Shown here in pieces: positions 28,239 to 38,432 of a stretch of DNA of 64,000 nt. Positions within the stretch are counted from its first letter, which is position 1, and the number at the start of each line of letters is the position of its first letter. The position numbers and the translations under genes are program-made. The notes beneath the pieces are model-generated. The model was not told the origin of the DNA and did not search any database. It was given only the letters and a program-made list of their open reading frames with translations. Source of the stretch: an uncultured bacterium (GTDB lineage: Bacteria; Bacteroidota; Rhodothermia; Rhodothermales; UBA10348); assembly GCA_938018055.1 (NCBI GenBank), contig CALIKL010000009.1:10147-74146 (forward strand), given 5' to 3'.

Positions 28239-29234
28239 GTGGAAGGCTACGTACTCCACACTTACGGGTCGGAAAAATATCTGCGCCATGCCGTTGCTTC
28301 CGTACTAACGCTTCGTCGGTACGATGCGCGTCGTCCCGTTGCGCTGTACGCTGATCCTTCGCAGATTGCCCGTCTGCGCGAGACGGGTCTGGACCACTTG
28401 TTTGCGGTTCTGGAGGAACTCCCTAAAGAGCATCAGTCGATTGTTGGCTTCAAGCACCATCTGGGTACGTTCCGCCCGTTTGATCGCAATCTCTATGTAG
28501 ACTCAGACATTGTGTGGTGCCGCAATCCAGATCCGCTCTGGGCCCGCCTGGCTACGTATGATTTCACGGCCACAGGCCTTCACAAGGCAGATTTCTGGTT
28601 CGGCGGTCCCAAAGGACTGGGTATCCTGGTCGATCGCGTGCTGGACCGTCGTCGACGAACCATGCGTCGCTTTGGCCTGACCTACCTACCGCGTGTTCAG
28701 GCCGGCATGATTTACGCTTCAGGCGAGCGGGTTGTGGGCAAGGTGATGACAGCCGCCCGTGACTTTCTTGCACGCCGCCGGGAGACCCATTTCCGAAGCC
28801 GCCTGGATGAAGGGCGCTCCGAGGAAAGCTGCGAGTGGAGCCTGGCCATGGCCATGAGTTACCTGGACTTGCCGGTATTCGACTGGTTTCAGGGACAAGA
28901 CAGTCCGCAGTTGGATTTCATTGAAGGGTTTGTAGAGCACGATCTGGATTTCGAGTCCGTGCGTTGCCGCCACTTTGCGGATGACTTCGTGCATGGGCTG
29001 CGCGGTCTGCCGATGCATGGATTGCGCGATGCCTTGGTGCGTCTCTTTGCCCGCTTACCCGGCAAAGGCGACTTCATGTGGGTCACACCGTATGCCCTTC
29101 ATTTCGGCTGGATGCACCATAAGCAGCCGTTCTACGAGCTGGCAGATCGACTATGGAAAGAGGCACTGACTGGCTCCATGGCGGGGGGAGATGTTGAGCA
29201 CAGCGAGGTTGGCATTCCCATCAGCACGCGCTGA
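28239..29234 (+). CDS. Putative nucleotide-diphospho-sugar transferase (GT8-like)
   Basis: GTG start. The N-terminal YVLHTYGSEKYLRHAVASVLTLRRYD resembles the GT8 opening strand/helix. A DxD-type motif is present in LYVDSDIVW. No signal peptide or TM helix. Weak assignment. Confidence 0.5.
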   Translation: MEGYVLHTYGSEKYLRHAVASVLTLRRYDARRPVALYADPSQIARLRETGLDHLFAVLEELPKEHQSIVGFKHHLGTFRPFDRNLYVDSDIVWCRNPDPLWARLATYDFTATGLHKADFWFGGPKGLGILVDRVLDRRRRTMRRFGLTYLPRVQAGMIYASGERVVGKVMTAARDFLARRRETHFRSRLDEGRSEESCEWSLAMAMSYLDLPVFDWFQGQDSPQLDFIEGFVEHDLDFESVRCRHFADDFVHGLRGLPMHGLRDALVRLFARLPGKGDFMWVTPYALHFGWMHHKQPFYELADRLWKEALTGSMAGGDVEHSEVGIPISTR

Positions 29235-29267
29235 TCACAACGTGTAAGGACTGGGAATACCTCGGGC

Positions 29268-30950
29268 TTACACGGCTGTCAGGAGATACCACGCAAAGCG
29301 GACATGCTCCCAGTTCAACAGCGCCCATCCGGTGGCGGCAAGCATGCCAAGAACCAGAGGATGAAGGACCCATGCGACGACGGCCGTACCTGGGGCCACT
29401 CGGATGATCTTGTATAGATCATATGTCGTCCTGATCGTAGCCCAGATAGCCGTTGCTACCCAACCCACGGCCAGAAGAATGATGGACCAAAGGGGAATGC
29501 CTGCCGTGGCCTGCAGGGTCATGGCTAAAGGAAGGAGAATCAGCACCTGCCAACGAGGCCACGAAGCGAGCATCAATGCTTGACTGGGAAGAAGACGCGC
29601 TCGCCTACCGGTTAGGGCCATCCACCCCCCCATCCAAACAGAGGTCGAAACAAGGGTCATACTGCCTATCAATACGGTCAGCACGAAAGGCACATTCAGA
29701 ATGGCGGTGACAGATGCCCGCGTGGATTCGTCGAGCAGACGATACCAATGCACCGTCAGCGCCAGATCCTGAAGCCCGGTGATGATGAATGATCCAATCA
29801 GACCAATGGAAAGACCCGTCACCGTAAGTATGGCCGTACTGGTCAGCGGGAGCACTTCACGCGCCTCTCGCACTGCGTTGCGAAAAAAACCGTGCGCGAA
29901 AAAGTAGCGCGGAATCATGTTTCGAAATCGCGGACTGCCTGCATACATCAGAGCTGTCAAGCCGATCATGATCCATCCCATAACAGGAAACCAGGGACGC
30001 TCGTGTTCATCCGGTTGTCCTTCGGAAAAGGCGAACGTGTCCTGGAATCCGCGCAACATGCCACGCACCACCTGAAGCGAAGGTCGCGGTTCCGAATCGA
30101 TAGCGTACAGTCCGTAAGAACGTTGCCAGGGATCAGGTACCGAGGTATCTCCCTCTGCCTGATCCCGCCAACGATGGATGAACACGTGCGAAAGCTGCGA
30201 TCCCAGTAGCGCCTTGAGCGCTGTTTCCATGAATCGGGCCTGGGCCTCTTCACTTCCAGGAACTGACCATCCTGTCTCTTCACCTTCGCTGACTGAAGAG
30301 CCCACACCTGCCAATCCCATACGTGTTGTTTGAGATGACGCCTCACGGCGCATGACCTCCTGCAACTGATCCATATCCCCGTACGGACGCAGCCGGTCAA
30401 CCAAAACGAAATCAACCCGATCGGTACACTGATCGCCATCAGCGAACAAGGTTGTGTAATACGCCATGCGCCCCGCCGCGCGAATGCGATGGGCAATCAT
30501 CTCGATGGCATCACATGCCTGGGATGAACGGGTATCTGACAATCGCGTGATACCGATCGGCCCAGCAGAGCGATGTCCAGCCCCGGCGTTCAGAACCATG
30601 GTCAGAAGGGAATCCGATGCTTCCAGCGCACGACTCAGTGATCGTGAGGGCAAATGGGTATAGGGCAGCTCGATATAGAGCGTCAGGCCCAAGGTATCAG
30701 CCAATGTGAAAAAGTCCTGGTCGTACACGGGGGGCATGCGAACCGCTGTGAACCCGACCTCAGCAATTTCCACCAGATCACCGGCAGCGTCCCCAAAGTC
30801 GCCAGGCGCGACCCAATCCACTCCAAATACCGGGGCGTGCTCGATCCGTTCAGCCCCAGATCCTGTCGATGACGCCTGCGCCTGCACCCGTTCTTTCCAC
30901 CCCAAAAGAAGGACGAGACTGATAACCAGTATGCGAATGGATCGGGCCAA
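29268..30950 (-). CDS. Membrane protein: N-terminal glycoside-hydrolase-like TIM-barrel ectodomain fused to a polytopic C-terminal domain
   Basis: Signal peptide ILVISLVLLLGWKERVQAQ. DLVEIAEVGFTAVRMPPVYDQDFFTLADTLGLTLYIELP resembles the GH2/GH5-type strand-helix pattern. Roughly the C-terminal 230 residues form about seven hydrophobic helices. No family recognised with certainty. Confidence 0.55.
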   Translation of the reverse strand: MARSIRILVISLVLLLGWKERVQAQASSTGSGAERIEHAPVFGVDWVAPGDFGDAAGDLVEIAEVGFTAVRMPPVYDQDFFTLADTLGLTLYIELPYTHLPSRSLSRALEASDSLLTMVLNAGAGHRSAGPIGITRLSDTRSSQACDAIEMIAHRIRAAGRMAYYTTLFADGDQCTDRVDFVLVDRLRPYGDMDQLQEVMRREASSQTTRMGLAGVGSSVSEGEETGWSVPGSEEAQARFMETALKALLGSQLSHVFIHRWRDQAEGDTSVPDPWQRSYGLYAIDSEPRPSLQVVRGMLRGFQDTFAFSEGQPDEHERPWFPVMGWIMIGLTALMYAGSPRFRNMIPRYFFAHGFFRNAVREAREVLPLTSTAILTVTGLSIGLIGSFIITGLQDLALTVHWYRLLDESTRASVTAILNVPFVLTVLIGSMTLVSTSVWMGGWMALTGRRARLLPSQALMLASWPRWQVLILLPLAMTLQATAGIPLWSIILLAVGWVATAIWATIRTTYDLYKIIRVAPGTAVVAWVLHPLVLGMLAATGWALLNWEHVRFAWYLLTAV

Positions 30951-31040
30951 GGAAAAGGCGAAGCTTGGATGATGGGCGGCTGAATACAGTCAAGCCGATG
31001 GGCTTGGATGCGAGGGAAAATAGGGGTTGCGGAGCGGGAC

Positions 31041-31075
31041 AAAAAAAGGCGTGGGCCCCCATCGGGGGCCCACGC
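31041..31075 (-). terminator. Rho-independent terminator about 190 nt downstream of ftsZ
   Basis: The minus strand reads GCGUGGGCCCCC-GAU-GGGGGCCCACGC followed by UUUUUUU. This is a 12-bp perfect GC-rich stem. Confidence 0.8.
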
Positions 31076-31262
31076 TCTCCATACCGAACCATTCACACCT
31101 GATGCTCCTACAGCCCACGAGCATCAAGAAAGAACCGACCTTGCTCAGGGGTCAGTTACAGCGTAGCGCTGTGAGTGAACGATTCGATTTCCATCGAGGC
31201 AAGCCACCACGCGCCGCCTTCGGAGGTGCGGCGGTGACGTAAACCCCGAATCAGGTTCTCTG

Positions 31263-32534
<1,272 letters not shown>

Positions 32535-32608
32535 GGATTCCTCCGAAGAACATATTGGCTGTAAAATGGCCGAATCGATTGAGCGATCGGTCCGACACGG
32601 TGCTCGGG

Positions 32609-33871
32609 TCAGAGCTCATTGAACCACCCCATCATGGCGTTTTTGATCTTCCGGACCACATTGTCTCCCCCGGCCGAGGGATCCGTTGCGTCCAGATGAT
32701 TCGTCCTGAATGGTGTGTTTCCAATCATTTCCGGGCGGAGTCCGTAGAGCACGAGCCCCACACCGGTTGCGTATTTGGGATCAGATACCTCCTGGACCAA
32801 CCCGGCAGTAAGACCCATGGGCCTCCCGATCCTGGCATCTATTCCCAAAATTTCGGCGGCCAATTCGGCCGTTCCTGTGGTCATGGAGCCTCCCCCGGTC
32901 AATACCGCTCCGGCGGAGAGGTGACGAGAGAACCCACTTCGTTTGATTTCAATAGCCGCGATCTCAAGGATTTCTTCGAGCCGAGGCTGGATGATCTGAG
33001 CCAGCGTCGAGCGCCCGACCCGCTTTTCATTTCTTCCGCCGACTCCCGGAATTGCGATTTCTTCCTCCGGCGCCATTTCTACGATCGCCGTTCCAAACTC
33101 ACATTTGAGCGCTTCGGCCTGATCGCGCATCACGCCGAGGCCTTTGCGGATATCGTCCGTCACCTTGTTTCCAGCTACGGCTACGACGGCCGTATGCCGA
33201 ATGGTGTTGTCTTCGAAGACGGCAATGTCGGTCGTGCCACCGCCGATATCGATCAATGCTACACCAACTTCCTTTTCATCCTGATGCAGCACGGCGAAAG
33301 ACGAACCAAGCGGTTCAAGCACAATGTCGGCTACTTCGTATCCAGCCTTCTCGACACAGCGATAGATGTTTTTGGCCGCTGAAACCAGGCCCGTGATAAT
33401 GTGCACGTTCGCCTCGAGACGCACGCCGCTCATTCCAACCGGATCGGCTACACCGTCTTGGCCATCTACGATGAACTCCTGGGGAATGACATGCAGGATT
33501 TCCCGGTCAGCCGGCATGGCCACATGGGTCGTGTCTTCGAGCAGACGCTGCACGTCCCCTTCCGTGATTTCTCCGTCACGTCCCGAAATGGTGATCACGC
33601 CCCGGGATTGAAAGCTTTGAACGTGATCGCCGGCAATACCTACGATCACATTGCGTACCGTCACACCGGCCATGCGCTCGGCCTCTTCGATGGCCTCGCG
33701 CACTGCAGCCACCGTCTTATCGATGTTGACCACGACACCGCGGTTGAGTCCCTCGGATTCGGCTACACCGACCCCGAGGACCTGGACGCGATCCAGCTCA
33801 TCTGATGTCGCAACGACGGCACACACCTTGGTAGTGCCTATGTCCAGTCCGACGACGATTTTGTCACTCAT
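32609..33871 (-). CDS. ftsA: Cell division protein FtsA
   Basis: Actin-like ATPase motifs VGLDIGTTKVCAVV, ALIDIGGGTTDIAVF and VLTGGGS. C-terminal amphipathic helix NAMMGWFNEL. Confidence 0.95.
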   Translation of the reverse strand: MSDKIVVGLDIGTTKVCAVVATSDELDRVQVLGVGVAESEGLNRGVVVNIDKTVAAVREAIEEAERMAGVTVRNVIVGIAGDHVQSFQSRGVITISGRDGEITEGDVQRLLEDTTHVAMPADREILHVIPQEFIVDGQDGVADPVGMSGVRLEANVHIITGLVSAAKNIYRCVEKAGYEVADIVLEPLGSSFAVLHQDEKEVGVALIDIGGGTTDIAVFEDNTIRHTAVVAVAGNKVTDDIRKGLGVMRDQAEALKCEFGTAIVEMAPEEEIAIPGVGGRNEKRVGRSTLAQIIQPRLEEILEIAAIEIKRSGFSRHLSAGAVLTGGGSMTTGTAELAAEILGIDARIGRPMGLTAGLVQEVSDPKYATGVGLVLYGLRPEMIGNTPFRTNHLDATDPSAGGDNVVRKIKNAMMGWFNEL

Positions 33872-34652
33872 TGTTGTTGTTGGTTAAGTCGTTGGCATAC
33901 CCCGCTCGGGGGCTTTCCTTTACGACGACTTGGCTGTCAAAACGGAGATCTACACGCTCGTACGTCTTATTTGCATGTTGCAGGACCTGCTGGTCCCAAA
34001 AGGCAAGGAGTTTGTCGAATCCGGCGTCATATCGGGATTTTCCCAGCAATGCGGGAATACTCTCATGAGGCGGGGCAGGTGTGAGATGGACCGTCCATCC
34101 GTCCGGTCCCCACACGAATTCCGAGAACAGGGCGTCCATCTGGCTGTTCGCCCGATCCAGCGAGCGAATCAGTTCGCGAGTCGGTTCGTGCTCCAGAGGT
34201 CGCATTGGATGCCAGGACTCAGGTACAGCGTACAGTAGCGGCACATCGTAGCGAGCCCGATTGGTTACCGGCAAACGCCATCCTTCGGCGTCGACCCAAA
34301 ACTCTCCACGGCCTTCGCGGCCCATCAGCAAGGCAATCGGTGTTCGTTCTTCAATGACGACATCCAGGATCCCAGACGGCAACCGAGCAACATCTACGTG
34401 CTCAATCCAAGGATGCCGCACTACCCGATCTTCCAGCATCACCGCGTTGATGTCGAACATGACCAGGCCCGTATCCACGCGCAGCAGGTCCAATACCTCG
34501 TTTTCCTCGACATTGATCTGCCCGCTGATCCGGATCTCCTGCAATGTGACTTTTTGTACCCATTGCCAGGCCAACCAACCACCGGCAGACAGCACCAGAA
34601 TAAGCAGCGAGCCCAGCAGCCAGGAACCGATATGTCGACGGCGTCCGGTCAC
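33864..34652 (-). CDS. ftsQ: Cell division protein FtsQ (POTRA domain)
   Basis: N-terminal TM helix WLLGSLLILVLSAGGWLAW, then POTRA-like LQEIRISGQINVEENEVL. GTG start overlapping the murC stop (GTGA). 8-nt overlap with ftsA. Confidence 0.85.
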   Translation of the reverse strand: MTGRRRHIGSWLLGSLLILVLSAGGWLAWQWVQKVTLQEIRISGQINVEENEVLDLLRVDTGLVMFDINAVMLEDRVVRHPWIEHVDVARLPSGILDVVIEERTPIALLMGREGRGEFWVDAEGWRLPVTNRARYDVPLLYAVPESWHPMRPLEHEPTRELIRSLDRANSQMDALFSEFVWGPDGWTVHLTPAPPHESIPALLGKSRYDAGFDKLLAFWDQQVLQHANKTYERVDLRFDSQVVVKESPRAGYANDLTNNNNE

Positions 34653-36100
34653 GATGTTGCCCCCTCCTGCATGTCGATCAAGCGTTGGGCAATGGCCCGA
34701 TTCTGACGCCAGATGTCACCGGCCCCCAACGTCAGAATCACGTCACCGGGTTCGCTCAGACCAATTACGGCATCGACCAGTTGATCCTTATCAGGTACAA
34801 AGGTCACGGCTGGGTGACCCGCCGAACGGGCCGCATCGGCTATGAGCTGGCCGGTCACACCAGGCTCAGGGGCTTCCCGAGCCGGGTAAATGTCCATGCA
34901 TACCAACACATCAGCGTTGAAGAATGCGCCCCCGAATTCGGTTACAAATTGCCGAGTCCGGGAGTAGAGATGGGGCTGGAATACGGCCAGGACCCGGCGA
35001 TCCGGCCATGCTCCGGCAGCCGCCTCGAGCGTAGCGCGTACCTCGGTCGGATGATGCGCATAGTCATCAATCACCAGCCTGTCGCAGGCATTTGCAATCT
35101 CGTGCATCCGGCGATCCACACCCTGAAAGGAGGCCACGCCGCGTTGGATATCCTCGAAGGCCATGTCGAGCTCTAGTCCGACAGCTATGGCAGCCAGTGC
35201 GTTGAGCACGTTGTGCCTGCCGGGCGCGTGAAGCACAATCGGCCCGAGCATCCGATCTCCCTGCACCAGGTCAAAATGCATCGTAAGGCCATCCTGGCGA
35301 ATATTCTCTGCTCTGATGTACGCCTGACGCAGCGTACCGTACGTGATGATCTTGCGATCGATTGAAGGCAGGATGCTGCGAACATGCTCGTCGTCCAAGC
35401 AACAGATGGCCGCTCCGAAAAACGGGACACTGGATGCATACTGCGTAAAGGCCGTCTTGATGTCGTCCAGGTCTGCATAACAGTCCAGGTGATCGGCATC
35501 GATATTGGTAATGACTGCGAGAGCAGGCGTGAGACGCAAAAAAGTCCGGTCGTATTCGTCGGCTTCGATGAGAATGATATCCCCTTCACCAGACACGGCG
35601 TTCGAGCCAAATGCCGCAACCTTTCCTCCTACGATAACCGTTGGATCGAATGCTCCGGCGTTGACAACATGACCGGTCATGGTCGTGGTCGTTGTCTTGC
35701 CGTGGGTACCGGCAATGCCTACCCCGAACTTCATGCGCATCAGCTCGCCCAGCATCTCGCTGCGCGCAATGACAGGAATACGGGCGTGGCGTGCGGCGCA
35801 GGTTTCCGGATTCTTGTCCGGATCTACAGCGGAAGAATGCACCACAACACAAGCACCTTTTTCTTGCCCGGCGCGATGCCCGATAAACACACGGGCGCCC
35901 GTCTCTTCTAAATGCCGGGTAACTGCGCTCTCGTTCAGATCGGACCCACTGACCTCATAGCCTCGTCGAAGCAGGACTTCGGCAATTGAGCTCATTCCGA
36001 TACCACCAATACCAACCATGTGAACATGCCGGATTCGACCAAATACAGGCTGGCGGCGATGCATGATCTTGGAATCGCTATGGATCATGGTTTCGCTCAT
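34649..36100 (-). CDS. murC: UDP-N-acetylmuramate--L-alanine ligase
   Basis: HMVGIGGIGMSSIAEVL, GIAGTHGKTTTTTM and DDYAHHPTEV are Mur ligase motifs specific for MurC. Confidence 0.95.
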   Translation of the reverse strand: MSETMIHSDSKIMHRRQPVFGRIRHVHMVGIGGIGMSSIAEVLLRRGYEVSGSDLNESAVTRHLEETGARVFIGHRAGQEKGACVVVHSSAVDPDKNPETCAARHARIPVIARSEMLGELMRMKFGVGIAGTHGKTTTTTMTGHVVNAGAFDPTVIVGGKVAAFGSNAVSGEGDIILIEADEYDRTFLRLTPALAVITNIDADHLDCYADLDDIKTAFTQYASSVPFFGAAICCLDDEHVRSILPSIDRKIITYGTLRQAYIRAENIRQDGLTMHFDLVQGDRMLGPIVLHAPGRHNVLNALAAIAVGLELDMAFEDIQRGVASFQGVDRRMHEIANACDRLVIDDYAHHPTEVRATLEAAAGAWPDRRVLAVFQPHLYSRTRQFVTEFGGAFFNADVLVCMDIYPAREAPEPGVTGQLIADAARSAGHPAVTFVPDKDQLVDAVIGLSEPGDVILTLGAGDIWRQNRAIAQRLIDMQEGATS

Positions 36101-37227
36101 GAATGTCGCCTCCGAACCAAATCGAGCACATCCTGTGCAATATCCCTGGCCGCATCCGGGCGTGCCAATCGAGACGCCTCGGCACCCATGCGCATCAGTC
36201 GGGATTCGTCCTCGAGAAGCTCCACGATCACCCGCTTGAATCGCCCTGCGATTTCCGCCTCCGGTAACAGGACGGCCGCTCCCGCTTTCTCAAGACTGCG
36301 GGCATTCTTGGTCTGGTGATCCTCAGCCACGTTGGGCGAAGGAACCAGAAGTGAAGCATTACCCGTCAACAACAACTCCGAACAGGTTGACGCACCCGCG
36401 CGGCAGACGACCAGGTCCGCGGCGTTATAGGCCATGTCCATACGCCTCACGTAGCGCAGCAAACGCATCTTTTCATGCTCTGGGATCGACTCCTGGAACC
36501 GCTCGAAGTAGCGTTCTCCCGTCTGCCATATGACGGCCGTACCAGGATGCGCCAAAAGCGTTCGAATGGATGCTTCCATGGCTTCGTTCATCGCCTGACT
36601 ACCCAAGCTTCCCCCGGTCATGAATATGACCCGTGAAGCATCTTGAAGACCAAAGTGCGCTCGTGCCTCATCCCGGGATGGAAGCGTCAATGAGGTCCGC
36701 ACGGGATTACCGGTCAGGCGACATCGATCCCCCATACCATGGGGCACGGCCTCCTGGAAGGCAACATGGATACGGTCTGCGAAGCGTTTTCCAATACGAT
36801 TCGTCAGTCCCATAAACGCATTTTGCTCTTGCAGTACCACCGGGCGCTTAAGCGATCGCGCAGCTACGATGACGGGCAGGGCCACATAGCCTCCTGTACC
36901 GACAACGATATCGGCGTCGAAATGCCGAATCAGCGCATGCGCTTCAGTGAGTCCTTTCGCCACAACGAATGGCATCGTCAGATTCTTGCGGGTCCAGCGC
37001 CGCTGCAGACCGCGTACCGACACATGATGGATAGCGTAACCGGACTCTGGTACGATGCGCCATTCGATGTTCGAGCGCGATCCTGCAAATTCAACAACCG
37101 CGCGCGGCGATATGTCACGTATGGCGTCTGCAATGGCGATGGCCGGGTAGGCATGCCCCCCCGTTCCGCCTCCCACCATGAGGACACGCGGGGCATCAGA
37201 CCGTGATATGAGGGTGGTCGCACTCAT
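36097..37227 (-). CDS. murG: Undecaprenyldiphospho-muramoylpentapeptide beta-N-acetylglucosaminyltransferase
   Basis: GGGTGGHAYPAIAIA, FMTGGSLGSQAMN and VCRAGASTCSELL. 4-nt overlaps with murC and ftsW. Confidence 0.95.
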   Translation of the reverse strand: MSATTLISRSDAPRVLMVGGGTGGHAYPAIAIADAIRDISPRAVVEFAGSRSNIEWRIVPESGYAIHHVSVRGLQRRWTRKNLTMPFVVAKGLTEAHALIRHFDADIVVGTGGYVALPVIVAARSLKRPVVLQEQNAFMGLTNRIGKRFADRIHVAFQEAVPHGMGDRCRLTGNPVRTSLTLPSRDEARAHFGLQDASRVIFMTGGSLGSQAMNEAMEASIRTLLAHPGTAVIWQTGERYFERFQESIPEHEKMRLLRYVRRMDMAYNAADLVVCRAGASTCSELLLTGNASLLVPSPNVAEDHQTKNARSLEKAGAAVLLPEAEIAGRFKRVIVELLEDESRLMRMGAEASRLARPDAARDIAQDVLDLVRRRHS

Positions 37228-38369
37228 CCCAGATCGACTCCGCGCGAAATATTGAGCAGGATACCAGCCATCACGCCGTTGGCAAGAAGCGATGTCCCTC
37301 CGTACGAGACGAACGGCAGCGGCAAACCCGTGACAGGCAACAAGTTCGAAGAGACCCCGGCATGAACGAATCCATAAAGCGTGAGCATGACCACGATGCC
37401 AACAGCCAGAAAAAGTCCCAGTGGATCTGGGGCCTTGCGTGCCACCCTGAGCAGTCCCCGGAACAGGATTACCATGAACAAGGACAACAAGACGAGCGCA
37501 CCCATCACGCCATACTCTTCAGCGATAATGGCGTAGATGAAATCATTGTAAGGGGCCGGAAGCCAGTCCCGCTGCGTACTCTTGCCGGGACCTACCCCGA
37601 ACAGTCCGCCTGCTGCGATCGCCATGCGGGCCTGCTCCGACTGAAATTGTTCGTCAGACGACGAAAAGACCGAGGCCGCATCCGTATGCGGAAAGAGCTT
37701 CACACCTACATAGGCTTCGAGTCGTGCAGCACGCTGAGGGGATGTGGCAAGCATACCATAGGCCAGTGTCGCGCCCAACAGACCGACCAGGATGATCTGC
37801 CCCATACTCACGCGGGCCACAAAACACATTACCAGGACGGCCATCAGTACCACGGCCGACGTGGACAGATCTGAAATTCCGATGGCGGCAATCGTGATCA
37901 TGATCCACAGGAAGATGGGCGCGAACGATCGGCTGAAGGACTTGATGTAGACCTGCTTTTGAGCCAGCAACGAGGCTACGTAGAGCACCAGCGACACCTT
38001 GGCCAGGTCCGAGGGCTGGAACATGACCCCGGCCAGACTCAGCCAGCGTGCGGCACCGCCGCTTACAACCCCCACCACCTGGACGGCCACGAGCAATCCG
38101 ATGGATCCAATGAGCATGTAGCGACTATACTTGGCCAGTACGCGGTAGTTGATCACGGAAAAAAGACCCATGGCGCCGAGTGCGATTCCTACCCGGAAGA
38201 GGTGCTTGAAGAGCAAGGCCTCGGTGTCTCCGCCGCCTTTGGTATCGGCGAGGTATCCGATGGCGCTGTAGACCGCAACGATCCCTATGGCGCTCAGCGT
38301 CAGGATGGACCAGAGGACAAACTTGTCCACTGCCCCGGAGTCAGCACCGCGTAAAGTCAGGACCTGCAT
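37224..38369 (-). CDS. ftsW: Lipid II flippase / SEDS glycosyltransferase FtsW
   Basis: Ten-TM SEDS protein. FQPSDLAKV, LPAPYNDFIYAIIAEEYG and PFVSYGGTSL are conserved motifs. Confidence 0.93.
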   Translation of the reverse strand: MQVLTLRGADSGAVDKFVLWSILTLSAIGIVAVYSAIGYLADTKGGGDTEALLFKHLFRVGIALGAMGLFSVINYRVLAKYSRYMLIGSIGLLVAVQVVGVVSGGAARWLSLAGVMFQPSDLAKVSLVLYVASLLAQKQVYIKSFSRSFAPIFLWIMITIAAIGISDLSTSAVVLMAVLVMCFVARVSMGQIILVGLLGATLAYGMLATSPQRAARLEAYVGVKLFPHTDAASVFSSSDEQFQSEQARMAIAAGGLFGVGPGKSTQRDWLPAPYNDFIYAIIAEEYGVMGALVLLSLFMVILFRGLLRVARKAPDPLGLFLAVGIVVMLTLYGFVHAGVSSNLLPVTGLPLPFVSYGGTSLLANGVMAGILLNISRGVDLG

Positions 38370-38432
38370 GATGGCAACAGGGTCTCTTGGGTGTATGGTT
38401 ACCGGCCGAGATACTAAGCCGAAGTGAGTGAT

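Noticed and set aside
29241-29274. Hairpin CGTGTAAG-18 nt-CTTACACG between convergent genes, as a bidirectional terminator
   Set aside because: The loop is long (18 nt), there is no U-tract on either strand, and the right arm overlaps a stop codon. It is too weak to call.
31076-31262. SRP RNA, tmRNA, 6S or RNase P identity for the ftsZ-downstream region
   Set aside because: None of the conserved cores I know were seen: the SRP domain IV GGAA/AGCA motifs, the tmRNA 5' GGGG...UUCGAC, or the RNase P P4. An end-to-end 6S-like closing helix conflicts with the local hairpins. It is kept only as an unclassified candidate.
32555-33382. 275-aa plus-strand ORF
   Set aside because: It is antisense to ftsA, which has clear actin-fold motifs.
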